Origin: an uncultured delta proteobacterium
Lineage (GTDB): Bacteria > Myxococcota > Myxococcia > Myxococcales > Myxococcaceae
DNA length: 64,000 nt
Reading direction: 5' to 3'
Assembly (NCBI GenBank): GCA_963796055.1
Contig: CAWCKH010000004.1
Span: 288,001 to 352,000 of the forward strand
Part shown: positions 47,018 through 56,655 of the stretch, one piece after another
How positions within the stretch are numbered: position 1 is the first letter of the stretch
Layout: each line of letters opens with the position of its first letter
Program-made: the position numbers and the translations under genes
Notes under the pieces: generated by a model
What the model saw: only the letters and a program-made list of their open reading frames with translations
What the model was told of the DNA's origin: nothing
Database searches by the model: none

Positions 47018-48616
47018 GTGGAGTCTCCCGACGCCCATCTGGCCGAGGTTCTCGGCTCGCTCGTGCGGCCGGAGGCCTATCCCCACCCGGTCGAGGGCGT
47101 GACCGTCGTCCAGACGCACGTCTCGGTGGTGTTCCTCGCCGGGCCGTACGCGTACAAGGTGAAGAAGCCGGTGCACTTCGACTTCCTCGACGCGCACCTG
47201 CTCGAGCGCCGGGCCGAGATGTGTCGTCAAGAGTTGGCGCTGAACCGGCGGCTCAGCCCCGACCTGTACCTGGGGGTGGTGCCCATCACCCGTGGGCCGC
47301 AGGGCCTGGTGGTCGGCGGCACGGGCGAGCCGGTGGAGTACGCGGTGCAGATGCGCCGGCTCCCGGAGGACCGGATGATGGACCGGCTGCTGGAGAGCCG
47401 GGCGCTGACCCGGAAGATGGTGGAGCAGGTGGCGGAGGTCCTCGCCCCGTTTCATGCCGCCGCCGACGCAGGGCCGGGCGTCGCCGTCCACGGAACGCCG
47501 GCGGCGGTGCAGGCGCTCTGGAACGAGCACTTCGCGCAGGTGGCGCCGTTCCTCGGCAAGACCGTCACTCCTTTCCAGGACGGTTACCTGCGGGCGGTCG
47601 TCGGCGCCTGGTCGGTACGCAAGCGGCGGCTGCTGGAGGAGCGGGTGGCTGCGGGACGCATTCGCGATGGGCACGGGGACCTCCGCACGTCGTCGGTGTG
47701 CTTCACCGAGCCCCTGGCCATCTTCGACTGTCTGGACTTCAGCGCCCGGCTCCGCTGCTCGGACGTCGCCTCCGACGTCGCGTTCCTGGCGATGGACCTG
47801 CGGCTCCGGACGCGACCGGACCTGGCCGAGGCCTTCGTGCAGCGCTACGTCACGTGCGCGGGTGACACGACCTTGCCGCAGCTGGTGCCCTTCTACAGCT
47901 GCTACCGGGCCTGCGTGCGGGGGAAGGTCGAGAGCCTGCGGGCGGAGGAGCCGGAGATCTCCCCTGCCGACCGCGAGGAGGCCGCGCGCATGGCCCGGCG
48001 CGCCTTCGGCGTGGCGTGCGACGCGGCGAGCGAGGACCTCCCTCCCCTGCTCCTGACGATGTCCGGCCTGTCGGGGAGCGGGAAATCCGCGCTGGCCCGG
48101 GAGCTGGGGAGCCGGCGCGGATGGGAGGTCCTCTCCTCGGACGTGGTCCGGAAGTCGCTGCACGGGCTCGCCCCGGAGGAACGGGCGACCGCGGCGCTCG
48201 ACCGCGGCCTGTACACACCGGAGGCGACACGGTCGACCTACGCCCGGCTCGCGGCCAATGCGGGCGCGGCGCTCGACCAGGGAAGGTGCGTCATCGTGGA
48301 CGCGACCGCGCAGGCGGCATGGGAGCGGACGGTCCTGGCCGACGCGGCGCGCGCCCACGGAGCGCTGCTCCTGCTCGCCGAGGTGCGCGCGTCGGAGGAG
48401 GTCATCCGCGCCCGGCTCGAGGCACGGGCCCGCGAGCCAGGGGTGGTCTCCGACGCGGGCTGGGAGGTGTACGTGGCGCAGAAGGCCCGGTGGGAGCCGG
48501 TGACACTCGGCGCATGGGCCCATCTGGTGGTCGACGGAGATCGGCCGCTCGCCGAGGCGGTCATGCAGCTCGAGCGCGAGCTGCACGACCGGCTCCGCCC
48601 TCCCCGCGTGCTCTGA
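47018..48616 (+). CDS. Bifunctional aminoglycoside-phosphotransferase-like / AAA_33 kinase
   Basis: QTHVSVVFL, YKVKKPV.F.FLD, E..LNRRL, RDGHGDL, FDCLDF; C-terminal GLSGSGKS and SSDVVRK. Confidence 0.9.
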   Translation: MESPDAHLAEVLGSLVRPEAYPHPVEGVTVVQTHVSVVFLAGPYAYKVKKPVHFDFLDAHLLERRAEMCRQELALNRRLSPDLYLGVVPITRGPQGLVVGGTGEPVEYAVQMRRLPEDRMMDRLLESRALTRKMVEQVAEVLAPFHAAADAGPGVAVHGTPAAVQALWNEHFAQVAPFLGKTVTPFQDGYLRAVVGAWSVRKRRLLEERVAAGRIRDGHGDLRTSSVCFTEPLAIFDCLDFSARLRCSDVASDVAFLAMDLRLRTRPDLAEAFVQRYVTCAGDTTLPQLVPFYSCYRACVRGKVESLRAEEPEISPADREEAARMARRAFGVACDAASEDLPPLLLTMSGLSGSGKSALARELGSRRGWEVLSSDVVRKSLHGLAPEERATAALDRGLYTPEATRSTYARLAANAGAALDQGRCVIVDATAQAAWERTVLADAARAHGALLLLAEVRASEEVIRARLEARAREPGVVSDAGWEVYVAQKARWEPVTLGAWAHLVVDGDRPLAEAVMQLERELHDRLRPPRVL

Positions 48617-48622
48617 CGGCGC

Positions 48623-49558
48623 TCAGCCCTCGGGCAGGGGGATGAACTCCTTCTCGTCCCCGGGCACCTTCCCGAACCGGCCGTCCCTCCAGTCGGCCTT
48701 GGCGCGCTCGATGCGCTCCCTGGAGCTGGAGACGAAGTTCCACCAGATGTGCCGCTCGCCATCGAGCGGCGCGCCGCCGAGCAGCATCACCCGGGCGGGT
48801 CCGTCGGCCTGGAGCTCCACCTCTTCGCCGGAGCGGAGGATCGCCATGACACCGGGGCCGAGGCGCTGGCTGCCGATCTGCACGAAGCCCTCCGCCACGT
48901 GCACCGCGCGCTGCGGATGCGTCCCGTCCACTCGAAGGTGCGCACCGGGCTCGAGCCGCGCGTCGACGTAGAGCGTGGGAGAGAGCACGCCCACCGGGGA
49001 CCGGGCGCCGTAGGCCGTCCCGGCGATGACCGTGAGCTCGGCGCCGTCGCGCTTCACCCTGGGCAGCGTCCGGGCGGGGTGGTGGGCGAAGGCCGGTGGG
49101 TCCTCCTCGTGTGCGGTGGGCAGCGCGACCCAGCTCTGGATGCCGTGGAGGCGCACGCCACGGGCCCGCTCCTCCGGGCTGCTCCGCTCGGAGTGGGCGA
49201 TGCCGCGCCCGGCGAGCATCCAGTTCACGTCCCCCGGATGAATGGCCAGCGCGCTGCCCAGGGTGTCGCGGTGGATGAGCTCCCCCTCGAAGAGATAGGT
49301 CACCGTCGCCAGCGCGATGTGCGGGTGGGGGCGCACGTCGACTCCGGCTCCGGGCTCCATCACCGCCGGGCCCATGTGGTCGAGGAAGATGAACGGCCCG
49401 ACCATCCGGTTGCCCGCCACCGGCAGCAGGCGTCGCACCGAGAACCCGCCCAGATCGCGGGGCCGGGGCTCGATCACCAGGAGGACGGCCGGCGTCTCCG
49501 CGCGCTCGACCCCGGGGTCGAAGGTCGGCAGGACACCGGGGTGTTTCTCCGAGGGCAT
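48623..49558 (-). CDS. Pirin family protein
   Basis: GPFIFLDHMG, PHPHIAL.TVTYLFEG, HRD.LG, MLAGRGIAHSE, WNFVSS. Confidence 0.95.
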   Translation of the reverse strand: MPSEKHPGVLPTFDPGVERAETPAVLLVIEPRPRDLGGFSVRRLLPVAGNRMVGPFIFLDHMGPAVMEPGAGVDVRPHPHIALATVTYLFEGELIHRDTLGSALAIHPGDVNWMLAGRGIAHSERSSPEERARGVRLHGIQSWVALPTAHEEDPPAFAHHPARTLPRVKRDGAELTVIAGTAYGARSPVGVLSPTLYVDARLEPGAHLRVDGTHPQRAVHVAEGFVQIGSQRLGPGVMAILRSGEEVELQADGPARVMLLGGAPLDGERHIWWNFVSSSRERIERAKADWRDGRFGKVPGDEKEFIPLPEG

Positions 49559-49606
49559 GGACTTCCTCCGGCCCGGAGTTATGACTCATCCCAGGAGGGT
49601 CCAGCC

Positions 49607-49849
49607 ATGGCCAACGAGCTCGATCTGAGGAACGAGTTGAAGAAGGGCGCGGATCTGCTGAGGACCTTGCGCGACGAGATCAAGGTCAAGCTCCACCTCG
49701 CCGGCATGGACGCGAAGGACCAGTGGGCGAAGCTCGAGCCCGAGCTGAACAAGGTCGAGCGCGCCGCCGAGCAGGCGACGGAGTCCTCCAAGAAGCTGAT
49801 GGACGACGCGCTGAACCGGCTGAAGACGCTGCGTGACTCGCTGCGCTGA
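49607..49849 (+). CDS. Small coiled-coil hypothetical protein (80 aa)
   Basis: SD AGGAGG, strong codon bias, LRTLRDEIKVKLHLAGMDAKDQW..LE. Confidence 0.8.
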   Translation: MANELDLRNELKKGADLLRTLRDEIKVKLHLAGMDAKDQWAKLEPELNKVERAAEQATESSKKLMDDALNRLKTLRDSLR

Positions 49850-49861
49850 GCGGCGGCAGGG

Positions 49862-50566
49862 GTGAGCGAGTCGCTGCTCATCGTCGGCGTCCGGAAGCTC
49901 GGACGTACGATCGCCCTGCACTTCGCCCGCCAGGGGTGGCGTGTGCTCTGTGCCTCACGGACCGCGGCGGATGTCGAGGCACTCGCCCGTGAGGTGACCG
50001 CGGCGGGAGGTCAGGGCGTGCCGGTCGTCTGCGACCTGCAGCGTCCGGAGTCGCTGGCCCGCTTCGGCGAGGACCCGGCGGATCTGGTCATCGCCGCCCA
50101 GACGATGGGGGGGCGCTTCGGTGCGCTGCCGCTCCTCGAGATTCCCGACGCCGAGCTGGCGCAGTCGCTCGCCGCGTACCCGCAGGGGACCTGGAATCTG
50201 CTCCGGGCAGTCGGTCCGGCGATGCTCGCCCGCGGCCGCGGGACATTTCTGCAAGTCGGGACCTCGTCCGGGGTGCGCACCAAGGAGGGGTTCGCCGCAC
50301 TCGGAGCCGCGCAGCACGCGCTCCGGGCGCTGGTGCAGGTGGCCGCCCGGGAGTGGCGCACGCGGGGGGTGCACGTCGCCTACCTCCCGGTGGACGGACC
50401 GATCGCCTCCCAGCGGACGCGGGCGGCGGGATTCACCGCGGAGCGGCTGATCTCCCCCGAGGCGATTGCCGAGGCCTGCGCGTTCCTCCACGGGCAGAGG
50501 CCAGACGCGTGGACCCACGAGCTGGTGCTCCGGCCGGCGGGCGGAGACTGGTCCGCGCCGACCTGA
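49862..50566 (+). CDS. Atypical short-chain dehydrogenase/reductase
   Basis: LIVGVRKLGRTIA, LRALVQVAAREW..GVHVA, DAWTHELVLRP. Canonical YxxxK absent. Confidence 0.8.
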   Translation: MSESLLIVGVRKLGRTIALHFARQGWRVLCASRTAADVEALAREVTAAGGQGVPVVCDLQRPESLARFGEDPADLVIAAQTMGGRFGALPLLEIPDAELAQSLAAYPQGTWNLLRAVGPAMLARGRGTFLQVGTSSGVRTKEGFAALGAAQHALRALVQVAAREWRTRGVHVAYLPVDGPIASQRTRAAGFTAERLISPEAIAEACAFLHGQRPDAWTHELVLRPAGGDWSAPT

Positions 50567-50586
50567 TCCCCGAGCGGGCTGCTCAG

Positions 50587-51237
50587 CTAATGGCTGCCCG
50601 AGCCGTTACCGGAGGCGCTGCGGTCCGCGGTCGAGTCTGGCGCGCCGCTGCCGCCCACCGCGGTGCCAGACGGAGGCTGGAAGGAGCCGAGGAACTGCTG
50701 GACCGACGCCGGCATCCGTCCCTTCGAGTACGTCCCGGCGAGGGTGTAGACGTTCGAGCCCCCGACGAAGACCCGGGCGGTGACCTCGCTGCCGTCGGGA
50801 TCGACCGCGGTGAACTCGCGACCCTGCAGTCCGCTGGCCTCGATGTCCTGGCTATTCACCAGCGTCCCGCCCATCGACTGGATGGTGGCCTGCTGGAGCG
50901 AGTCGAGCAGGTCCTTGCTCTTCACCTTGTCCAGGCTGCCGTTGGGGAACTCGCTCAGGCTGGACATGTACTTGCCCGAGGGATCCTGCACCTGCGCGAT
51001 GTGCACCTGGACCGGCCCGCCCGGCGTTTCCTGGGTGCGATCGTTCCGCTGCGGATTGGCCGGCATCAGCACCGTGTAGCCGTTGGCGCCCTGGTAGGGG
51101 ACGAGCTGCGAAGGACTCTGAGCGGCCGCCGCCGACGAGTCGCCCTCGGTCTTGGCCACGCTCGCCGGTTGAGACGTGGCACAAGCAAGCGCCGCCGCGA
51201 GGGGGATCACCAGACAGAAGTGTTTCCGGAACGTCAT
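50587..51237 (-). CDS. Putative lipoprotein (PsbP/DcrB-like fold possible)
   Basis: SD GGAGG, lipobox AALA-C, YTVLMP..P, GLQGREF, FLGSF. Confidence 0.7.
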   Translation of the reverse strand: MTFRKHFCLVIPLAAALACATSQPASVAKTEGDSSAAAAQSPSQLVPYQGANGYTVLMPANPQRNDRTQETPGGPVQVHIAQVQDPSGKYMSSLSEFPNGSLDKVKSKDLLDSLQQATIQSMGGTLVNSQDIEASGLQGREFTAVDPDGSEVTARVFVGGSNVYTLAGTYSKGRMPASVQQFLGSFQPPSGTAVGGSGAPDSTADRSASGNGSGSH

Positions 51238-51332
51238 AAGTCCTCCGTGGCGGCTCAGGGTGGGGACGCCTTCCGCCGCTCGCAAGGGATTGGCGCACCC
51301 TGGGCAAAACGAGCGATGGTCCGTTCGCCGGC

Positions 51333-52508
51333 ATGCCCGCTTCATCCGTTCCCCTCTCCGAGCTGGTCCGGGTGTTCTTCCGCATCGGCTGGCTGGCGTT
51401 CGGGGGGCCGGTCGCCCAGATGGGCCTGATGCACGCCGAGTGCGTCGAGCGGCGAGGCTGGCTCGACGACGCGGAGTTCGTCCGGGCGCTGAATTTCGTC
51501 CACGTGCTGCCGGGCCCCGAGGCGTCGCAGATGGCGATCCTCATCGGCTGGCGGGTGCATCGCGTTCTCGGCGGCCTGCTGGCCGGGGTGCTGTTCATCG
51601 CGCCGGGGTTCATCACCCTGGCGGCGCTGGGGGCGATCTACGTTCGCTTCGGCTCGAGGCCAGAGCTGCTCGGGGTGCTGTCGGGATTCCGCCCGGTGGC
51701 GCTGGCGCTGCTCGCCTCGGCGATGCTCCGCCTGGGAAAGGCGGCGCTCCGGACGCCGTTCCAGCGGGTGCTGTCGGTGCTGGCCTTCGCCGCATCCGTG
51801 TTCCTGCACGTCGGCTTCGTGCCGCTGCTCCTCGGCTGTGGCGCGCTCGCGATCCTCCGCTCACGCCTGCGCGGGACCGTGGCCGCGGCGGCGCTCCTGG
51901 CGGTGGTCGGCGCCGGGCGAGCGGAGGCGGCGGGCCCCGCGCTGGAGCGGGTGCGGGACGTGTCGCTGTTCTTCCTGAAGGTCGGCCTGGTCTCGTTCGG
52001 AGGCGCCTACGCAGTTCTCCCGCTGCTGCGGGAGGGCGCAGTGCAGCAGTTCGGCTGGCTCACGGATCCGCAGATGGTCGACGCGCTGGCGCTGGGGGAG
52101 ACGACGCCGGGTCCGCTGATCAGCATCGGGGTCTTCATCGGTTACCTGGCCGGGCATCCGCTGGGGGTGGGGCTCGCCTCGGCGATGTGCGCCGGGTTCT
52201 GGCTGTTCCTTCCCTCGTTCGTCCTGGTGCTCATGGGCGCGCCGCACCTCGATCGGATCACCACCTGGCCCGGCGTGCAGCCCTTCCTGGAGGGCGTGAC
52301 GGCCGGAGTGCTGGCGCTGATGGCGGCGGTGTCGCTGGCGCTGGCAAAGGCCACGGTGTTCCACGCCGGGCAGCTCGACCGGGTGACGCTCATCCTGGGC
52401 GTGGTGGCGTTGGCGGTCCTGGTGGTCGGCGGCAAGAAGGTCAACGTCGCCTACGTCGTGCTCGCGGGCGGTGCGATCGGGCTCGTCCGCGCGCTGCTCG
52501 GCGCCTGA
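51333..52508 (+). CDS. chrA: Chromate efflux transporter
   Basis: Two CHR repeats: FFRIGWLAFGGP..LPGPEASQ and FLKVGLVSFGGAY..TTPGP. Confidence 0.92.
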   Translation: MPASSVPLSELVRVFFRIGWLAFGGPVAQMGLMHAECVERRGWLDDAEFVRALNFVHVLPGPEASQMAILIGWRVHRVLGGLLAGVLFIAPGFITLAALGAIYVRFGSRPELLGVLSGFRPVALALLASAMLRLGKAALRTPFQRVLSVLAFAASVFLHVGFVPLLLGCGALAILRSRLRGTVAAAALLAVVGAGRAEAAGPALERVRDVSLFFLKVGLVSFGGAYAVLPLLREGAVQQFGWLTDPQMVDALALGETTPGPLISIGVFIGYLAGHPLGVGLASAMCAGFWLFLPSFVLVLMGAPHLDRITTWPGVQPFLEGVTAGVLALMAAVSLALAKATVFHAGQLDRVTLILGVVALAVLVVGGKKVNVAYVVLAGGAIGLVRALLGA

Positions 52509-52534
52509 ATCCCCTCAGGAGGCCAGACACGGCG

Positions 52535-53170
52535 TCATGCGCTCTTCCTCGCGCCGGCGGGCCGGGGAGGCTTCGGCAGCCGGGGCGGGCGCGGCCCGTG
52601 ACGGACGGCGCCGCGTACCGGTCCGTAGGGCAACTCCGTGCCACTCCGGGCGGAGCGCAGGAGCAGCCCGCCACGGCTCATGTCCCCACGGCCGACGAAG
52701 TCCACCGGGAAGAGCAGCCGGCCGTCGAAGATCTCGAGCAGGAGGTCCACGTACTTGTCGCTGGCGATGCTCCCCAGCAGGACCACCTCGGCCTCCGGGA
52801 GTCGCCGCGACAGCGCACGGGCATCACGCTCGAGCGGGCGGCGGTAGCGCAGATCGGTGAGATCCACCCGTACCCGGGCCCAGTCGTCGAGGTCCGCCGG
52901 GGTGATGCGCTGCGTGGGCTCGACGAGGCCGGCCCCGGGGGTGATCACCCAGGAGGCGCCGAACGCGCGCGCGTAGGTGAGCTTGCCCCGGAAGTAGAGA
53001 CCGCTGGTGAAGGTGAAGACGTCCCCGAGCGTGGCGCCGACCTCGGACCGGAGCTCCATGGCGAGGGGAAAGGCGGCCGCCGGACGCCGCAGCATCGACA
53101 TCCGCACCCCATCGCAGCGGGCGGGGGACAGCAAGAAGACCCGCCCGGGCGCGGGCGCGCGACGCCTCAC
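52535..53170 (-). CDS. Hypothetical protein, third gene of the kinase-DUF3037 operon
   Basis: GTGA overlap with the DUF3037 stop. RVFLLSPARCDG, SGLYFRGKL.YA, VITPGAGLV, VVLLGSIASDKY, FVGRGDMSRGGLLLR. Confidence 0.7.
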   Translation of the reverse strand: MRRRAPAPGRVFLLSPARCDGVRMSMLRRPAAAFPLAMELRSEVGATLGDVFTFTSGLYFRGKLTYARAFGASWVITPGAGLVEPTQRITPADLDDWARVRVDLTDLRYRRPLERDARALSRRLPEAEVVLLGSIASDKYVDLLLEIFDGRLLFPVDFVGRGDMSRGGLLLRSARSGTELPYGPVRGAVRHGPRPPRLPKPPRPAGARKSA

Positions 53171-53559
53171 GTGCCGGACTCCACGAGCGTCTTGAAGAGC
53201 CTGGCGAGCGCCGCCTCCGGTACCTCGGCCCGGCCGGCGTGCACCGGCGAGGTCTGGATGACGGTGCTCCGCGGCGCGACCAGCCAGTGGAAGCGCTCCT
53301 TGGCCGGCAGCCGCGCCAGGGGCCCTGCGTCCGGGTCTCCGGCGCAGATGCGTGGAACCGCCGCCAGGTGACTGGAGATGGCGTCCACGTCGGCCTTCGG
53401 GTCGAGCGCGCGCAGGCGCGTCACGTCCAGCGCCACGCGGGCGGCGAGGTAGTCCTGCGCCAGGCACCAGACGATGACCCCGGCGTTCAAGAACTCGCCG
53501 CGCTCGACCCGGGGCACCACCCGGACCACCGCGTAGTCAAACGCGCAGGGCGCGGGCAC
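53167..53559 (-). CDS. DUF3037 family protein
   Basis: FDYAVVRVVPRVERGEFLNAGV, ERFHWLVAPRSTVIQTSPVHAG. Confidence 0.9.
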   Translation of the reverse strand: MPAPCAFDYAVVRVVPRVERGEFLNAGVIVWCLAQDYLAARVALDVTRLRALDPKADVDAISSHLAAVPRICAGDPDAGPLARLPAKERFHWLVAPRSTVIQTSPVHAGRAEVPEAALARLFKTLVESGT

Positions 53560-54319
53560 GGTTGGCCTCCTCCTCGAACACCGTGGCGTTCGCCACCCTG
53601 CGGGACAGCCATTCCATGTACGCGTGCCGCTGGGCGGGCGCTCCTCCCAGGTAGGGATCCGCGGGGAGCCACGCCTCGGGCACATCGTCGACCAGCGCGC
53701 GGAGCAGCGACAGGGACAGCTTCGGACGGAGCCGCTCGCCCGCGGCCCGGATGTCGCCGGCGACCGGGAGCAGCACGTGGTCCTTCACCTGGGAGAAGGG
53801 GGAGGCGGCACGGGCGGGCGCCTCCGCCCAGTCGTGGTGCACATAGAGGCTCGCCCCATGGTCGATGCAGTACAGCCGCCGGTGCCACTCCAGGAGGTTC
53901 GGGTTGCGCGGGGTCCGGTCCACGTTGAGCACCAGAGCGTCGAACCAGACGACGTCCGCGGCGAGCTCCGCGGGCGGCGGGGTGGACGCGGCCGGATCGT
54001 ACCCGAGCGCGCCGGGCAGGTAGTCCACCCCGAGGTTCAGCCCCACGCTGGCCTTGAGGAGGTCGCGGATCTCGCCGTCGGGCTCGGTGCGCCCGATGTC
54101 GGCGTCCAGGGTCATCTGCACCAGCGTGGGCACCGGGAGCCCGAGCGCCCGGCCAATCTCCCCGGCGAGCAGCTCGGCCACCAGCGCCCGTGGCCCCTGC
54201 CCTGCCCCCCGGAATTTCATCACGTAGAGCCCGTCGTCGTCCGCCTCGACGATGGCGGGCAGGCTCCCGCCCTCGCGGAGGGCAGTGACGTAACGCGTGG
54301 CGGCGAGGGTGCGGAGCAC
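53537..54319 (-). CDS. HipA-like kinase
   Basis: LREGGSLPAIV, YVMKFRGAGQG, LVAELL, catalytic NVDRTPRNPNLL, IDHG. Overlaps the DUF3037 start. Confidence 0.85.
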   Translation of the reverse strand: MLRTLAATRYVTALREGGSLPAIVEADDDGLYVMKFRGAGQGPRALVAELLAGEIGRALGLPVPTLVQMTLDADIGRTEPDGEIRDLLKASVGLNLGVDYLPGALGYDPAASTPPPAELAADVVWFDALVLNVDRTPRNPNLLEWHRRLYCIDHGASLYVHHDWAEAPARAASPFSQVKDHVLLPVAGDIRAAGERLRPKLSLSLLRALVDDVPEAWLPADPYLGGAPAQRHAYMEWLSRRVANATVFEEEANRARALRV

Positions 54320-54426
54320 GGCCGGCCCACCATAACCGGACCCGGCCCGGTTGCTGGCCGCGGGACGGACCGTTGCCCGGCGCGGGACGGGCGTTCCCCG
54401 GTCCATGGGTTAAGTCCTCTCTTGCC

Positions 54427-55125
54427 ATGATCCAGATTCGCAAGAGCAACGAGCGGGGCCACGCCAACCACGGCTGGCTCGACAGCCACCACACCTTCTC
54501 CTTCGCCGACTACGACGACCCCGACCACATGGGGTTCCGGGCGCTGCGGGTCATCAACGAGGACCGCGTGCAGCCGGGCCAGGGGTTCGGGACGCACGGC
54601 CACCGGGACATGGAGATCCTCTCCTACGTCCTCGAGGGCGGGCTGGCCCACAAGGACTCGACCGGCGGCGGCGGCATCATCCGTCCCGGGGAGGTGCAGC
54701 GGATGAGCGCCGGGAGCGGTGTCCTGCACAGCGAGTTCAATGCCTCGCGGTCCGAGCCGGTGCACTTCCTCCAGGTCTGGGTGGTCCCCGATCGCCGCGG
54801 CATCGCCCCGGGCTACGAGCAGAAGAACTTCCCGCCCGAGCAACGGCAGGGGCGGCTCCGGCTCATCGCCTCGCCCGACGCGGCCGACGGCAGCCTGACC
54901 ATCCACCAGGACGCGCGCGTGTACACCACCCTTCTCGCGAAGGGCGAGTCGGTGACCCACCCGCTGGCGCCGGGCCGGCACGCCTGGGTCCAGGTCGCTC
55001 GCGGACGGGTCCGGCTGGGTGACGTGGTGCTCTCGGCCGGGGATGGCGCGGCCATCTCGGACGAGCGGTCCCTCACCCTGACCGGCGAAGAGGCCTCCGA
55101 GGTCCTGGTCTTCGACCTCGCCTGA
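54427..55125 (+). CDS. Pirin family protein (YhhW-like)
   Basis: RGHANHGWLDS.HTFSF, LRVINED, FGTHGHRDMEI, MSAGSGV.HSE. Confidence 0.95.
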   Translation: MIQIRKSNERGHANHGWLDSHHTFSFADYDDPDHMGFRALRVINEDRVQPGQGFGTHGHRDMEILSYVLEGGLAHKDSTGGGGIIRPGEVQRMSAGSGVLHSEFNASRSEPVHFLQVWVVPDRRGIAPGYEQKNFPPEQRQGRLRLIASPDAADGSLTIHQDARVYTTLLAKGESVTHPLAPGRHAWVQVARGRVRLGDVVLSAGDGAAISDERSLTLTGEEASEVLVFDLA

Positions 55126-55230
55126 CCCCCGGGCCCCGGGCGGCGGGAACTCCGTCCGGGACTCGACGATGGGCAGCCCGGTCGCCCCGGGCGATTTTGC
55201 GCCTGGCGGCCGGGCGACCCACCTTCGCCT

Positions 55231-56409
55231 GTGGGCGTGGGTGAGCGCATCAGCGGTGGGTCGACGGGGGACCGGTGGCCGGGGCGTGCGCTCCGGTCAC
55301 TGTTCGTCCCCGCGCCGGGGACGTTCCCGTCGCTGGATGCGCTTCGCACCGCGGCCATCGTCCTGGTCATCGGAAACCACCTGGCGGTCGGCGGCTCCGA
55401 GCTGACGCCGTCGCCGGTGTGGAGCTTCACCCTCTTCCGCTACGGCTGGACCGGAGTGGACCTGTTCTTCGTCCTGTCCGGATTTCTGATCGGACGGCAG
55501 CTCCAGCGCGAGCTTCAACGGACCGGCGCGGTGAACGTTCCGCGGTTCCTGCTGCGGCGGGGGCTTCGGATCTGGCCGCTGTACTTCACCTGGGTCGCGT
55601 TCCTCGCGCTCGCGCTGGGGAAGTGGCGAGGCCTGTGGCCGGACCTGGTCTTCCTCTCCAATTACGTGCAGGGCCAGGTGAGCGGCGGATGGTCGCTGTC
55701 GACCGAGGAGCAGTTCTACCTGGTGGTCCCGCTGCTGCTGCTCGGGGTTCAGCGGGTGTTCGGTCCACGCGGGCAGGCGTGGGTGCCCCTGGTGCTGCTG
55801 GCGCTGATGCCGGTGGTGCGGGCGCTGGCGCTCCACGGGACGGGGGAGGCCGGATTCGACCGGATCTACGGGCCGATTCACACCCACTGCGACGGGCTGC
55901 TCGTGGGTCTGTTCCTCGCCTGGGTGTCGCTGAAGCGCCCGGCGGCGCTGTCCCCCGAGCATCCGCATCCCTGGCGCTGGCCGCTGGTGGCCATTCTCGC
56001 CGGATTCGTTCTCCGGGAGGTCGATCGACCGCTCTTCAGCTTCAGCGGGCTCGGGCTCATCTATGGCGGGTGCGTGACGCTCGGCCTGCGCGCCGGTCCG
56101 CGGGTCCGGCAGCTGACCGCCTGGCGCGGCTTCCACGTCCTGTCCCGACTGTCGTTCGGGATGTACCTGAACCACTTCGAGGTGCTGCCCAGGGTGCTGC
56201 CCGGGATGACCCGGGCGCTGGTCCCGGTGCTCGGCTCGGGGCCTCTGCTCGCCGCCGTCGCCTTTCTGGTCGCGGTGCTGTCGTCGGCGCTGGTGGCGTC
56301 GGTCACCTTCGTGCTCATCGAGGATCCGTTCCTCGCGCTCCGGGAGCGGTGGGAGGCCCGGTACAGGCCAGTCAGGCCCGTGGAGCCCGTGCTGCGGCGG
56401 GTGAGCTGA
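55231..56409 (+). CDS. Acyltransferase family 3 (OafA-like O-acyltransferase)
   Basis: SLDALR, GVDLFFVLSGFLI, RR.LRIWPLY, WSLSTEEQFY, SFGMYLNH. Start uncertain. Confidence 0.9.
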   Translation: MGVGERISGGSTGDRWPGRALRSLFVPAPGTFPSLDALRTAAIVLVIGNHLAVGGSELTPSPVWSFTLFRYGWTGVDLFFVLSGFLIGRQLQRELQRTGAVNVPRFLLRRGLRIWPLYFTWVAFLALALGKWRGLWPDLVFLSNYVQGQVSGGWSLSTEEQFYLVVPLLLLGVQRVFGPRGQAWVPLVLLALMPVVRALALHGTGEAGFDRIYGPIHTHCDGLLVGLFLAWVSLKRPAALSPEHPHPWRWPLVAILAGFVLREVDRPLFSFSGLGLIYGGCVTLGLRAGPRVRQLTAWRGFHVLSRLSFGMYLNHFEVLPRVLPGMTRALVPVLGSGPLLAAVAFLVAVLSSALVASVTFVLIEDPFLALRERWEARYRPVRPVEPVLRRVS

Positions 56410-56443
56410 TCGGCGTCGACCGGACCGCTACACTCCGAGGCCG

Positions 56444-56641
56444 GTGAGCTCCGTGACCCGCCTCCGCAGACTCGTCCTGCTCACCCTCCTCGTGCTCCTG
56501 CTCGCCACGGCCGCACCTGGCAGCGCCGGTCCGGCCAGGCCGAGGCAGGGGGACGGCGCGCTTCCGGACGCGGGTCCCCTGCCCTACATCGGCACCTGCT
56601 CGGCCGAGGGCCCCCTGGCGGCGGTGCGCGCGCCGAATTAG
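56444..56641 (+). CDS. Small hypothetical secreted peptide
   Basis: Signal-peptide-like RLRRLVLLTLLVLLLATA, preceded by a TACACT hexamer. Ends 14 nt before map. Confidence 0.4.
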   Translation: MSSVTRLRRLVLLTLLVLLLATAAPGSAGPARPRQGDGALPDAGPLPYIGTCSAEGPLAAVRAPN

Positions 56642-56655
56642 AGGAGGGGGTCGCC

